From Eledone cirrhosa (lineage: Eukaryota): a DNA stretch of 64,000 nucleotides. The DNA lies in assembly GCA_964016885.1 (NCBI GenBank), contig OZ024748.1:47058001-47122000 (forward strand). The letters run 5' to 3'. Made by a program: the position numbers and the translations under genes. The stretch's first letter is position 1; every line of letters begins with the position of its first letter. Below, in pieces: positions 28,126 through 41,089 of this stretch. The notes under the pieces were generated by a model. That model was given only the letters and a program-made list of their open reading frames with translations, did no database searches and had not been told where the DNA came from.

Positions 28126-28345
28126 GATATTTCGTCTAAGCTAACGCCTATGTCATATTTCACATATATTCACTGACAAAGATGACACACGGACAGACAC
28201 CGTTAACACAATTGGCAGATATTTTAACGTTTATCGTGTCTTTAAAAGAATCGGTCGGCAAAGTAGATGGTTGCTGAACACATATTAGTATATTTATGGT
28301 TATATATATATATATATATACACATACAAACATGAAATACATATA

Positions 28346-28411
<66 letters not shown>

Positions 28412-28870
28412 AAGATACATGAACATAAATATATATATGTATATATATATATATATATATACATATACACATAAAGATACATAAACATAAATATATATAT
28501 ATATACCGAGAGAGGGGTGAAGGAAAGCAAGGGATATATATATATATATATATATTATGCCGATAAATGATTGGTTGACGGCTTTTCTTTGAAGTATGTG
28601 CCGGTACTATATATAATATTTCTATATCCATTTACGGAAAATATACAAAAAAAAAAAATACAAAAAAACACACACACACACACATATACATATACATGTA
28701 TGTGGGGTTTCTATGCTTAATGGATTCTTTATCTTTCTTTGAATTTTAAAATATTATAGCATAATATCCATTATATACTTGAGGTAAATCTCTTCAGATT
28801 TTAAAATTCGCATGTGAGATATGGTCAGAAAGTAATTAAACTTTCCGGCCCTTTATGATTTAGGCCCATA

Positions 28871-28916
<46 letters not shown>

Positions 28917-29052
28917 AGTGTAATTTTCTACACAAAACGAAGGTTATAGAGAAAATTGAGGTTGGTAATGGCACATTGAATATATAAGAGACAGAATACT
29001 TTTTTGTGAAAAAACATAATTTTATAAGGTAAGGAAATAATAAAGGGTATAA

Positions 29053-29100
29053 AAAATGACCGGTTTCGATGGGTCTGCAAAAGCCATCTTTTCAAATGTT
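29053..29100 (-). ncRNA. Hammerhead with a U3-A8 variant core
   Basis: AACAT-TTGAAAA-GATGG..CCATC-GAAA-CCGG-TC-ATTTT. Confidence 0.6.
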
Positions 29101-29329
29101 GATCAATATTAAGAAAAATTAATAATACGAAGAGTTAAAATTTGAGATTTGAAAATTCAAGTATAAAATTCATTGTGGGATTTCATAGTAGTTTTCATCT
29201 AGGTAGCAACAACAGGTTGACTGCTGTGTCCCTTTCTGGTAGTGAATGGGAAGTTATTTGGGGTGTGGGTTATTTTATAAAGGTCAGATTTAGCAATGGC
29301 CAACTGGCCAATGGCCAACTGGCCATATA

Positions 29330-29409
<80 letters not shown>

Positions 29410-29454
29410 GTGACGAAACATAGGTCAATTCCATGAACTCATAATCCTTTATTT

Positions 29455-29510
29455 ACTGCTATATATATTTCGATGATAGCCATTGAATGGCTATGACCTC
29501 ATCAGGCAGT
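29455..29510 (-). ncRNA. Type I hammerhead ribozyme
   Basis: ACTGC-CTGATGA-GGTC-ATAGCCATT C AATGGCTAT-CATC-GAAA-TATATA-TA-GCAGT; perfect helix I. Confidence 0.85.
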
Positions 29511-29728
29511 TAGTCAGTTCTTAGATATGCCAGCTCTGTGTTTATAGTGTTGATGGTATCAGAGCCTTGGGACATAAGAGCTTGTTAGGAATAATTTAAT
29601 GGTGTCAGCAGGTATTCGAAATATAATAAATGAATGTAACAGATAAAGTCCATGGGGCTGAAAATAGACCCGAGGACGACCGACCATCTAGCATCTTCCA
29701 CTTTAGCCGGTCGCTGTCAATATTTCGA

Positions 29729-29786
29729 ATACCTGATGATAACACCGGATTCATACGGAACCCGGTCATTGAAATGATCATCGCAT
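29729..29786 (+). ncRNA. Type I hammerhead ribozyme
   Basis: ATAC-CTGATGA-..ACCGG/CCGGT..-GAAA-TGATCA-TC-GCAT; one mismatch in helix I. Confidence 0.7.
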
Positions 29787-29965
29787 AATAAACCTTTGAA
29801 GTCCAGCCTCCTGTTATTTTATTATAATATTTAACTCCGTACTCGCACCACCAACTACACAAACGAAGACGGTTGAGCTGCTTTACGTTGAGTACTCTCC
29901 ATATTATTACATCAAGATTGACCATACGAAATGACCAGCTCTATCCAGTGGTGAATCTTCAAACC

Positions 29966-30055
<90 letters not shown>

Positions 30056-30223
30056 GATATATATATACACATATATTTATATATATGTTTATCCCGACCG
30101 CCACCCATCCAATCACCACCCTCTCCTACCACCAGAAAAGATATAAATACCACCATATTACTTGGACAGTCGGCTTCCTAATGATTTCTCTCGAATGAGA
30201 CAGTTCCTGTCTTGTAGAACCCT

Positions 30224-30264
<41 letters not shown>

Positions 30265-30954
30265 GGTTTGTACGGTCATACTTTGTGATGTAATGAAGTC
30301 TCGTTCATAGCTATATATAGCAGAGGCTAACTTATGCCATATTATAGAGATTAATATTCTCTTATCCGGCTTTAAGCTATGTAATATTTTTAAAATGTTA
30401 TCGACCTGCACCGTAGTTTATTTCAGGAAAGATGCATTTGACAACTATCGATTTCTTATCCTGCTTGTTATAATGATGATGATGATGATAGATCATCATT
30501 ACTATGAAGTATTGTCTTCGATCAAATTGATTTTACTCTTAGCCTGAAAACCTTGATATAACAACCTCACCACCAACGTTAATATTCATAATGAAGGTTT
30601 CTAATTTTGACACAAGTCTGAGATTGTGTTGCGAAGAAAATATCGATTATATTCACCCCAGTATATTACTGGCACATACTTATATGGACTCTGGAAATAT
30701 GAAAGCTAAGTTGAGCTTCACATATTTGTTCTGGAACTAATTTTATCGCAGAACTCCTGCAAGATATGTGTATGTCTATTTGTGTTTTGTTGTGTGTGAA
30801 TGTAACCATCCCTATCTGTGTGTACGTGTGTTTTTATTTGTCTGTGTTTCAGACCTGTTAACTCTCCCCGTCCGATGCGGAGATCTGCTTTCGGTCGGGT
30901 GAGAGTTGTCTTCTCTTGTTAAAATGGCTATAGTTTTCATTATATAAAAATATC

Positions 30955-31144
30955 GCGGGTGATTGGCAGTATCGGTAGAGGGTCGGACGCCATGCTTTGA
31001 CGCATAGAGTTACGGCCCTTGCCATTCTGAGTTCAAATCCCGCCAAGGTTAACTTTGCCTTTCATCGTTACGGGGTCGATAAAATAAAGTACCAGTAATA
31101 CACTGGGTATTTGCTGGCCTTGCGCCAAATGTAGAAACAATTAT
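30955..31144 (+). mobile_element. Meta-like tRNA SINE
   Basis: TTGGCAGTATCGG, GAGTTCAAATCC, core, and GTAGAAACAATTAT tail. Confidence 0.85.
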
Positions 31145-31628
31145 ATAAAAATATCCCCATTTTGTCTCATTTCTGACCGTTTGGGGCACATTTTCTCATG
31201 GTACTTCTCGTTTTGGGTTTTTAGAAGTTGGCATGTCTGGGGTTTATGTCACGTAACCCTACCTTAGTTTGACAAAAACCGAAATCGCTAAAATAATTAC
31301 CAGCCTTTACAAAAGTATTAATGGAATCAATAGGATCAACTACATCTAGGGGGTGACCCATTATCATAAAATACTGGAACACATACCAATGTTAAGGAGA
31401 ATTTTCACCCCCGTCTGACAAGTATTTAAAAAGTCTACATCGAGCCCAGAGTCTCAACATCCCGGTACTTACCCCGGTTTCAGTCGCGTGAAGTGACTGA
31501 GAGTACAAGACTTCTCCCTGATATAACTCCACTCCATTGCATCCCTACCAATTAGTAAAACTTAATATGAAAAACAAATTGTTTCTGGGCGAGGAATTAT
31601 TCATATTTTAATATAAAATCAGATATCA

Positions 31629-31960
31629 TTGGCAGTATCGGTAGAGGGTCGGACGCCATGCTTTCCAGCATAGTTACGTCCCTTTACGATCTGAGTTCAA
31701 ATCCCGCCGAGGTTGACTTTGCCTTTCATCCTTACGGGGTCGATAAAATAAAGTACCAGTAATGCACTGGGTAATTGCTGGCCTTGTGCCTAAAGTAGAA
31801 ACAATTAATTTCTAAATTAGTCACAAGGCCAGGAAAATTTAGGGAAAACAGCAAATTTGGTTAAATAAACCCAAGTATTTCACTGGTACTTATTTTATCG
31901 ACCTCGGATAAATGAAAAGCAAAATTGATCTTGGCGGGATTTGAACTCAGAATGGAAAGA
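31629..31960. mobile_element. Tail-to-tail SINE pair (31629-31806 on +; 31807-31960 on -)
   Basis: Same SINE motifs in opposite orientation. Confidence 0.8.
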
Positions 31961-33519
31961 GCTTTGTATATATACTAAAATAGCATTTTACCTGAAATTC
32001 CCTCAATTCGAATAATCTATCATTCTATACCAAAAGATTTAGTGGTATATATCAATGCTCAGATACGAACTCACAGAATGTAGTTTCAATCACACATCAC
32101 ATACACGTAACATCGCTCTGTCATCTGAATTATTGAATATCAACGTTTATTCAAATATTATTCAAATACAATTTATAACGCAGAAACCTAGGTTTAGTTT
32201 CCACAGAAACATGTGATTCCTTCGAACCCACTTTCTAAAAAAATGAAGACAGCTATTTGAAAAAATAAGAAAAAAAAAAACAGAATTTATAATTAGTTAA
32301 AATATAAACGATATTTTAGCAGCATTAACATCAGGTTTTGGCATATTACGGTAGAGAGAATGAATTCTTTAAGATAGATCATTGAAGAATGTTAACTGTC
32401 AAAATCAAGAAAATAAAGTAGTATGGGTAGGTGTGTGTGTGTGTCCGTATTGATCTCTTTTTCCTTGTTTTCCTTCCAGGTCCGAGTTACTCAAGCGATT
32501 TGGAATAAAATGTGTGTAGGCGTTTCTCTAAATAGAACTTTTGGTCGACTTTAATGTTGTTATAGTTGTTGTTATTGTTCTTGTAATTGTGGTCGTCATC
32601 GTCGTTGCTGTTGTCGTTCCTGTCCTTGTTACTGTTATTGTGGCTGAAGGCGGTGGTGGTGGTATTGATGGCCGTAGTGTCGTAGTGGTTGTTGTATTGG
32701 TGTTGATGTTGGTGGTGGTGGTGTCGGTTTTTAGTCATATTGGTGTTGTTGATGTTGGTGTTTATGAAAATGGAGGCAATGTTTGTGGTGTTAGTAGTGG
32801 TGTTAGTAGTAGTAGTAGTAGTAGTAGTAGTGTTGGTATTTCTGGTGGTGTTTGTGATACTGGTTGTAACGTCTTGTGGTGGTGTTGGTGTTGGTGTTGG
32901 TGTTGGTGTTGGTGTGGATGTTAGTAGTGTTGGTGGTGATGATGGTGGTGTTGGTGGTGTTGGTGGTGTTGGTAGCAGTTTTGGTGGTGATTGTGGTGGT
33001 GATTGTGGTGGTGTTAGTGGTGTTGGTGGTGAGCTGGTGGTGGTGTTAGTGGTAGTGTCGGTAGCAGTTTTGGTGGTGATTGTGGTGGTGATTGTGGTGG
33101 TGTTAGTGGTGTTGGTGTTGTTGATGGTGGTGAGCTGGTGGTGGTGTTAGTTGTAGTGTCGGTAGCAGTTTTGGTGGTGATTGTGGTGGTGTTGGTGTTG
33201 ATGTTAGTGATGTTGGTGTTGGCGTTAGTGATGTTGGCGATGTAGATGGAGGAGTTTATAAAAATGTAGGTGGTGGTGGTGGTGATGGTGGTGGTGGTGG
33301 TGGTGGTGGTGGTTATTATGATGGTGTTAGGGTAGTATTGGTGATGTTTTTGATGCTGTTGGTAGTAGCTGGTGATGGTGTTGATGTTGGTGTTGGTGTT
33401 AGTGATGCTGTGGCCATCTAGATGGTGATGTTTATAAAAATGGAGATGTTAGTGGTGGCGGTGGTGGTGGTGGTGGTGGTGGTCGTCGTCGTCGTCGTCG
33501 TGTTGATGTTGTTGTTATT

Positions 33520-34085
33520 GTTGGTGATATAGTGGGGATTAGATGACTGCACCAATGGTGATAGCGGCGGTGGTGGTGGTGGTGGTGGTGGTGGTAGTGG
33601 TGGTGTAGGTGTTGTTGAGGTTGTTGTTATTGTTGGTCATATGGTGGAGGGGGAGGGTGGTTAGAACGATTGCGCCAATGGTGATGGCGGCGGCGGGGGA
33701 GGTGGTGGTGGTGGTGGTGGTGGTGGTGGTGGAGGTGGTGGTGTTGGTGTTGTTGAGGTTGTTGTTATTGTTGGTGATATGGTAGGTGGAGGGGGGGGGG
33801 GTAGAATGATTGCACCAATGGTGATGGCGGCGGCGGGGGGAGGTGGCGGTGGTGGTGGTGGTGTCGTTGTTGTTGGTGATATCGTGGTGTGGGTAGAACG
33901 ATTGCACCAATGGCGATGGCGGCGGCGGGGGAGGTGGTGGTGGTGGTGGTGGTGGTGGTGGTGTTGTTGTTGTTGCTGATGTTGTTATTGTTGGTGATAT
34001 TGTGGCGGTGGGTTAGAATCATTGCACCAATGGTGATAGCGGCGGTGGTAGTGGTGGTGGTGGTGGTGGTGGTGTTGGTGGTGAT
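33520..34085. repeat. GGT-rich tandem repeat, about 120-bp unit
   Basis: TAGAAYGATTGCACCAATGGTGAT-like anchor recurs 5 times. Confidence 0.8.
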
Positions 34086-34141
34086 GGTGATCTTGATAAT
34101 GTTATTTTGTTTGGTCTTATTATTACTCCTGTTGTAGTTGC

Positions 34142-34192
<51 letters not shown>

Positions 34193-34349
34193 GTTTGTTG
34201 CTGTTGTAGCTTTCTGGAAACAGTTCCAGTAACATTTACCAAAGACATTGTTTACTGCACGTGCCTTAGACCTGAGACATTTCTAAAGAACATGTTTCTA
34301 ACGCGGCTTGAAGAAACAAAACAATCGGAAAAACAACCGTATTTCCTTC

Positions 34350-34919
34350 AGTTATTATAATTGTTATTGTTGGTGTTGTTGTTGTTGTTGTTGTTGTTAC
34401 TGTTGTTGTTGTTGGTTTTGTTCTTACCGTTGTCATTGTTGTTATTGTTGGAGTGGAGCTGATGTCGTTGTGGTTGGTGTATTGTTGTTGTTACTGTTGT
34501 TGTTGTTGGTTTTGTTCTTACCGTTGTCATTGTTGTTATTGTTGGAGTGGAGCTGATGTCGTTGTGGTTGGTGTATTGTTGTTGTTACTGTTGTTGTTGT
34601 TGGTTTTGTTCTTACCGTTGTCATTGTTGCTATTGTTGGAGCTGATGTTGTTGTTGGTGTTATTGTTGTTGTTGTTACTGTTGTTGTTGTTGGTTTTGTT
34701 CTTACTGTTGTCATTGTTGTTATTGTTGTTGTTGGTGTTGTTGTTGGTGTTATTGTTGTTGTTGTTACTGTTGTTGTTGTTGGTTTTGTTCTTACTGTTG
34801 TCATTGTTGTTATTGTTGGAGTGGAGCTGATGTTGTTGTGGTTGGTGTATTGTTGTTGTTACTGTTGTTGTTGTTGGTTTTGTTCTTACCGTTGTCATTG
34901 TTGCTATTGTTGGAGCTGA

Positions 34920-34950
<31 letters not shown>

Positions 34951-36350
34951 ACTGTTGTTGTTGTTGTTGGTTTTGTTCTTACCGTTGTCATTGTTGCTAT
35001 TGTTGGAGCTGATGTTGTTGTTGGTGTTATTGTTGTTGTTGTTACTGTTGTTGTTGTTGGTTTTGTTCTTACTGTTGTCATTGTTGTTATTGTTGTTGTT
35101 GGTGTTGTTGTTGGTGTTGTTGTTGGTGTTATTGTTGTTGTTGTTACTGTTGTTGTTGGGTTTGTTCTTACCGTTGTCATTGTTGTTATTGTTGTTGTTG
35201 GTGTTGTTGTTGGTGTTATTGTTGTTGTTGGTGTTGTTGTTGGTGTTATTGTTGTTGTTGTTACTGTTGTTGTTGTTGGTTTTGTTCTTACCGTTGTCAT
35301 TGTTGCTATTGTTGGAGCTGATGTTGTTGTTGTTGTTGTTGTTGTTGTTACTGTTGTTGTTGTTGGTTTTGTTCTTACCGTTGTCATTGTTGCTATTGTT
35401 GGAGCTGATGTTGTTGTTGTTGTTGTTGTTACTGTTGTTGTTGTTGGTTTTGTTCTTACCGTTGTCATTGTTGTTATTGTTGGAGCTGATGTTGTTGTTG
35501 GTGTTATTGTTGTTGTTGTTACTGTTGTTGTTGTTGGTTTTGTTCTTACTGTTGTCATTGTTGTTATTGTTGTTGTTGGTGTTGTTGTTGGTGTTGTTGT
35601 TGGTGTTATTGTTGTTGTTGTTACTGTTGTTGTTGGGTTTGTTCTTACCGTTGTCATTGTTGTTATTGTTGTTGTTGGTGTTGTTGTTGGTGTTATTGTT
35701 GTTGTTGGTGTTGTTGTTGGTGTTATTGTTGTTGTTGTTACTGTTGTTGTTGTTGGTTTTGTTCTTACCGTTGTCAGTTTTGTTATTGTTGTTGGTGGTG
35801 TTGTTGTTGTTGTTATTGTTGTTGCTGTTACTGTTGTTGTTGTTGGTTTTGTTCTTACCGTTATCAGTTTTGTTATTGTTGGAGCTGATGTTGTCGTTGG
35901 TTTTATTGTTGTTGTTACTGTTGTTGTTGTTGGTTTTGTTCTTACTGTTGTCATTGTTGTTATTGTTGTTGTTGGTGTTGTTGTTGGTGTTATTGTTGTT
36001 GCTGTTACTGTTGTTGTTGTTGGTTTTGTTCTTACTGTTGTCATTGTTGTTATTGTTGTTGTTGTTGGTGTTATTGTTGTTGTTGTTACTGTTGTTGTTG
36101 TTGGTTTTGTTCTTACTGTTGTTATTGTTGTTGTTGTTGTTATTGTTGTTGTTGTTACTGTTGTTGTTGTTGTTTTTGTTCTTACCGTTGTCATTGTTGG
36201 AGCTGATGTTGTTGTTGTTGGTGTTATTGTTGTTGTTGTTGTTACTTTTGTTACTGTTGTTGGTCTTATTGTTGTTACAGTTGCTGTTGTTGTTACTGTT
36301 GGTGTTATTGTTGTTATTGTTATTATTGTTGCTGTTGTTATAGTTAATGA
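34350..36350. repeat. (GTT)-based higher-order minisatellite
   Basis: Anchors GGTTTTGTTCTTACYGTTGTCATT and GGAGCTGATG repeated many times. Confidence 0.9.
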
Positions 36351-36762
36351 TGTCGTTGATGTTGTTGTAACTATTGTTGATGTTGAAGTTGTTGTTATTG
36401 TTGTAGTTGATGTAGATATTGTTGTTGTTAATCTTGTTGTTGTCATTGTTGTTATTGTTGTCACCGTTGTAGATGTTACTGTTAATATTGTTGTTGTCAC
36501 TGTTGTTATTGTTGTTGTTGCTGCTGTCTTTTTATCAGTATTGTCGTTGTTGTTGCTATTGTTACAGTTGCTGTTGTTGCTACTTTTAATTGTTATTGTT
36601 ATCATTGTCGTTGTTGTTATTGTTGCTGTTATCATGTTCTTACATTTTTTTTTAAATGATGTGGTTGTTGTTATCCATATTGTTGTTAGTGTTATTGTCC
36701 CAGTTATTAATTTTGTTGTCACACTTGTTGTTGGTGTTCATATTGTTGTTATTATAAATATA

Positions 36763-37430
36763 CTAGCAGTGGTACCCGGCGTTGCACGGGATAAGGTATT
36801 TTGGAACGCGGGCCGCCAACAAACCTAATCGTGGAAAAACTGCATGCCTGGACAATATGTAATCAAAATAAACCGAATACTCTGATGGCTGGATAATCTT
36901 TAAGATTGTCCTCGATTAAGCTGGAAAAATGCAGGTTTTCACCTAATGCGAGCCCTAGGGGATCAAGAAAATGAATTTTTTTATGTGCATAATATGCCTT
37001 GAAATTTCGGGAAAATCGGCTAGACGTAACGCCGCAAAAAAGCCCTAAAAAGCTGAAAAAATAAAGTTTTTCACCTAATGCAGGCCCTTGGCCATAAAAA
37101 AGTTGGATTTTCTTTTCTCACGGTATGAAGAAGAGACTGACTAATACATAGTTACAATTTCAAGGAAATCGGTCTGACGTAACGCCTCAAAAGACCCCTA
37201 AAAAGATTAAACAACGCAGTTTTTCACCTAATGCGGGCGCTAGGAGATAAAACAAAAAGTTGAATTTGTTATGTGCATAACACTCCCTGAAACATAAGTA
37301 ATACACATGTAAAGTTTGAAAAAAGTCGGTTGGGTACTTCTCGAGTTTTAGGGATTCAAACTCACAGACTCACACACACACACACAGACAGACACACACA
37401 GACAGACATCCTGAGTTTCATATATATAGA
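36763..37430 (-). mobile_element. Non-autonomous Helitron
   Basis: Minus strand A|TC 5' end; 3' CCCGTGCAACGCCGGG hairpin followed by CTAG|T; highly similar to 19384-20020. Confidence 0.88.
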
Positions 37431-37693
37431 TATATTGTTTTCATTGTTGTTACACATATTGTTGTTGTTACAGTCACAGTGTTGTTAATTTTAGGGATTG
37501 TATTGTCATTGTTGTTGTTTTTACTGTCATTGTTGTTGTTACAGTCACAGTGTTGTTAATTTTAGGGATTGTATTGTCGCAGTTGTTGTTACTCGTATTG
37601 TTCTTATTGTTATAGTCACAATGTAGTTTGCTTTTTATTGTCACCCTTATCGTTGTTGTTGTTATTCTTACAGTCGCAATTGTTGTTAGATTA

Positions 37694-37722
<29 letters not shown>

Positions 37723-37724
<2 letters not shown>

Positions 37725-38262
37725 GTTGCATTTATCTTGCTTTATGTTCATATGAGTTGACAACCAGTGACCTCAAGAAACAACAAGGTCCGCCATGTTC
37801 AAGAAAGAACATACATACACACACATGCATCTTTAGGTGTTTAGACTTGTGATGTATTTATATTGACAGAATCTTCCTTAGTATATTGGCAGTTCCCATT
37901 AGTAATATCTTTTGTAGTTCTCCTATACGCGGTTTCCTGGGATTTGTGATAAGTAATCATTAGACCCCTTAGGTATCATTCCACTGGTATTGTTTTAGTT
38001 CTCAATTTCCAGATCTTTCCAATTTCTATCTCCAGGTCCTTATACTTGCCCAATTTTTCAAATGTTTTTATAGATACATTCTTGTCTACTGGAACGGACA
38101 TATCAATTAGCAGGCAAACCCTCTTTTTAAAGTCCTTCAGTGTTATATCAGGTCTCTTTGCATCTATTTTTCGGTCTGTTTGGATGCTAAAGTTCCACAA
38201 GTACGGGAGGTGGTTGATGCTCCCATCAATTCTTTTGATGAGGCAGGTCAAAATTCTTACAC
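37723..38262 (-). mobile_element. 5'-truncated R4/Dong-type non-LTR retrotransposon (RLE endonuclease end)
   Basis: LWNFSIQTDRKIDAKRPDI..CLLIDMSVP..K..KYKDL...LLMGTANILRKILS*; (TAA)n at both ends. Confidence 0.85.
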
Positions 38263-38296
38263 ATTATTATTATTATTATTGTTATAGTTATTATTG

Positions 38297-38782
38297 TTCT
38301 TTGAGTCTCAGTCATTGATGTTCTTTAACTGGAAAGTTTGTTGAAATGAATATCAAGCCACTACCTGCAGCCTCAGATATTCAGGACGTATCGGAGGGTT
38401 CTTGCTGTTCCCAGCAAGCATGCTTTTCGAAGTGTTCCAAAAAGCGGGGCTGGACTAATTTTCTTTAAGCATCCTTCGAAACTCTTTGAGATAGTACCTA
38501 GTGCGGGACCACTTTGACTTCATGGCAGTTTCAAATCCTTTTTACCTCCCACTTTAAGTCCTGGTATCGGTTAATTTTCTCCCTCTCCTTTTCTTGCACT
38601 CTCGTGTCGAATGGGCAGGCTACATCTACAATCAGGCACGATCTTTCTTCCTTGTCCAAAACCACCAGGTCGGGTCTATTGTGTTCCAGTTTCTTGTCCG
38701 TCTGTATCCTAAAATGCCATACCCCCTTCATCCGATCGTTTTCTATCACCGAGTCTGGCTTATGCTCATACCACTTCTCAGA
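38297..38782 (-). mobile_element. 5'-truncated R4/Dong-type element, second family
   Basis: WHFRIQTDKKLEHNRPDLVV..CLIVDVACPFD..KINRYQDLKWEVKRI; TAA flanks. Confidence 0.85.
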
Positions 38783-38832
38783 ATTATTATTATATTATTG
38801 TTATTGTTATTATTATTATTATTATTATTATT

Positions 38833-40035
38833 GCTATTTCGCTTTTTGTGGAAGGGACGCGCTCCGATGGACAGGCGGTCCATCTGCTGTCAACACCCGC
38901 TACGTGGAGGACTGGGCATGCCATGGCTAATGCTGCGCAGGCACGCGCTCTGGCTACAACATCTCCACCTCTTCCTCGACGGTGATCAGGTGTGGTCGCC
39001 GTTTGCTAGACGCGTCTTTCCCCAGCTCATCTCCTTGACGGAGCTGCAGTCCTGCGTCAAGCGAAGACCGAGAGGGAGCGCTTGGAGACTGGAATGTCTT
39101 CAGGCGCTCACAGCCCTCGGCCAATCGGGCAATGTGATCGGTGGAAACTCCACCTTCCCGTTTTATGGAGGTTAGTGGAGGAGAAGAGCGACGTCGTATT
39201 TGGGGAAACTCTAGGCGTCGACGAAAATCAACTAGCCAATCTCTTTGGAAGAACTTTCGGGCGGGGCCTATGGACAACTTCCAGAAATCCCTGGCCTGGC
39301 AGTGCTACCGAGGATCTTTGCCAGTTCGGGATAAACTCTACAGGCATGGAGGTGCCGTCAGCCGGCCATGTTCGAGATGCGCGCAGGGCGACGAAACCGT
39401 CCTGCATGCACTCGTCCAGTGTCCGAGCATTGCTGACTTGTGGGTTTATGTCGAACACCTGCTGTCGCGTGTAGAACGGATCCGACTATCAGCTGAGTCC
39501 ATCGTGAGCGTTTCCCCGCCCTCTTCCTTTAGCCGGGAAGGGCAGGCAGTTTTTATCTGTCTGGTGGCCATGGCGAAAGAAATAGTATGGTGGACACATC
39601 TGAAAGGACTGAAGACGAGCACTTACCTCTTCGGTGATGCCCTGATTAATTTTTTCCAATTTCATTTGAAAAGGAAAATCAGGGTAGAGAGGGAGGTGCT
39701 CTCTTCCCAGCATTTTGTTGAAAGATGGGTGAGAGAGGCAAGAATGGCCCGAGTGAGTGGACATACTCTGAGTACATGCCTGTAAATTTAAGGTGGAAAA
39801 CTGGGAGAGGGCAATTGCCCTGGTGGTTAGGGTCACCGTGGCTTTTTAATGGGCTTTCTGCACGATGGCCCTCGGAAGTCTCCCCCCTATTGGGGAATTT
39901 TTTCCTTGTTCTATTATTACATCCTCTGTTTTTTTTGTTTTTTTACACGCAGAAATGCCCTTTTGTACCGTCCTGTATTGTCCTGTACTGTCCTTAATGT
40001 CTACTTTATGTAGACCCTTGTGGTTAATAAAGAAA
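38833..40035 (+). mobile_element. 5'-truncated L1/Tx1-like LINE (ORF2 C-terminus and 3' UTR)
   Basis: WQCYRGSLPVRDKL..PCSRCAQGDETVLHALVQCP (zf-RVT-type CCHC); AATAAA at 40025 followed by a short A-rich tail. Confidence 0.85.
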
Positions 40036-40040
40036 GCATT

Positions 40041-40372
40041 ATTGTTCTTTGAGTCTCAGTCATTGATGTTAGTTAACTGGAAAGTTTGTTGAAATGAATA
40101 ACAAGCCACTACCTGCAGCCTCAGATATTCAGGACGTATCGGAGGGTTGTTGCTGTTCCCAGCAAGCATGTCTTTTGAAATGTTCGGAAAAGCGGGGTGG
40201 GGTCAATTTTCTTTAACCATCCCTGGAAACTTTTTGAGATAGTACCTAGTGCGCCTATGACAATCGGGACCACTTTGACTTCATGGCAGTTCCAAATCCT
40301 TTTTACCTCCCACTTTAAGTCCTGGTATCGGTTAATTTTCTCCCTCTCCTTCTCTTGCACTCTCGTGTCGAA
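40041..40372 (-). mobile_element. R4/Dong-type fragment (second family)
   Basis: KINRYQDLKWEVKRIW..VVPIVIGALG..QKTCLLGTATTLRYVL*. Confidence 0.85.
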
Positions 40373-40373
40373 T

Positions 40374-40412
<39 letters not shown>

Positions 40413-40414
<2 letters not shown>

Positions 40415-40537
40415 GTTCTTTGAGTCTCAGTCATTGATGTTAGTTAACTGGAAAGTTTGTTGAAATGAATATCAAGCCACTACCTGCAGCCACAGATATT
40501 CAGGACGTATCGGAGGGTTCTTTCTGTTCCCAGCAAG
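40413..40537 (-). mobile_element. R4/Dong-type 3' end (second family)
   Basis: Same 3' UTR (GTTCTTTGAGTCTCAGTCATTGATG) between TAA tracts. Confidence 0.8.
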
Positions 40538-40585
<48 letters not shown>

Positions 40586-41089
40586 GTTGTTGTTGTTATT
40601 CTTACAGATGCAGTTGTTAAGTTGTATTGTTAGAGTCACAGTTGTAAATTGTATTGTTATATATCATCATTGTTGTTGTTACTCATATTGTTGTTATTGT
40701 TACAGTCACAATTGCTGTTAGATAATATTATTACTGTTGTCGTTGTTATTGTTGTTGTTATCACATTGTTATTCTAACAGTTACAGTTGTTAGTTTTTAT
40801 TGTCACATTCCCAGTTGTTGTTAGCCGTTATGTTGTTGTTGTGGCAGTAGATGGTAGCTTTTATTATCATCCTTGTAATTATTGCAGTAGCTGATGTTTA
40901 TATCGCTGTTGTTGTTGTTGTTGATGTTGTTATTGTTGTTATTGTTTCGTTATTGTGATTGTGATTGCTGTTGTTGTTGTTATTGCTTTGTTATTGTTGC
41001 TCTCATTGTTATTGCTGTTGTTGTTAGTGTTGTTGTTGTTGTGGCTGATTTGCGTTTCTTTTTGATGTTGCTGTTATTGTTGTTATTGC

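Noticed and set aside
28741-28809. CTGAAGA (-) enclosed by a 12-bp helix
   Set aside because: No GAAA box; at best a heavily decayed HHR.
32452-32520. Polypyrimidine tract plus CAG resembling a splice acceptor
   Set aside because: No convincing downstream reading frame or donor site; a host exon cannot be supported.
34536-36722. 728-aa Thr-rich mucin-like ORF
   Set aside because: It is built from an (AAC)n-based minisatellite that is open in several frames and on both strands. Neighbouring units at 34350-34840 shift frame, and there is no signal peptide or non-repeat domain.
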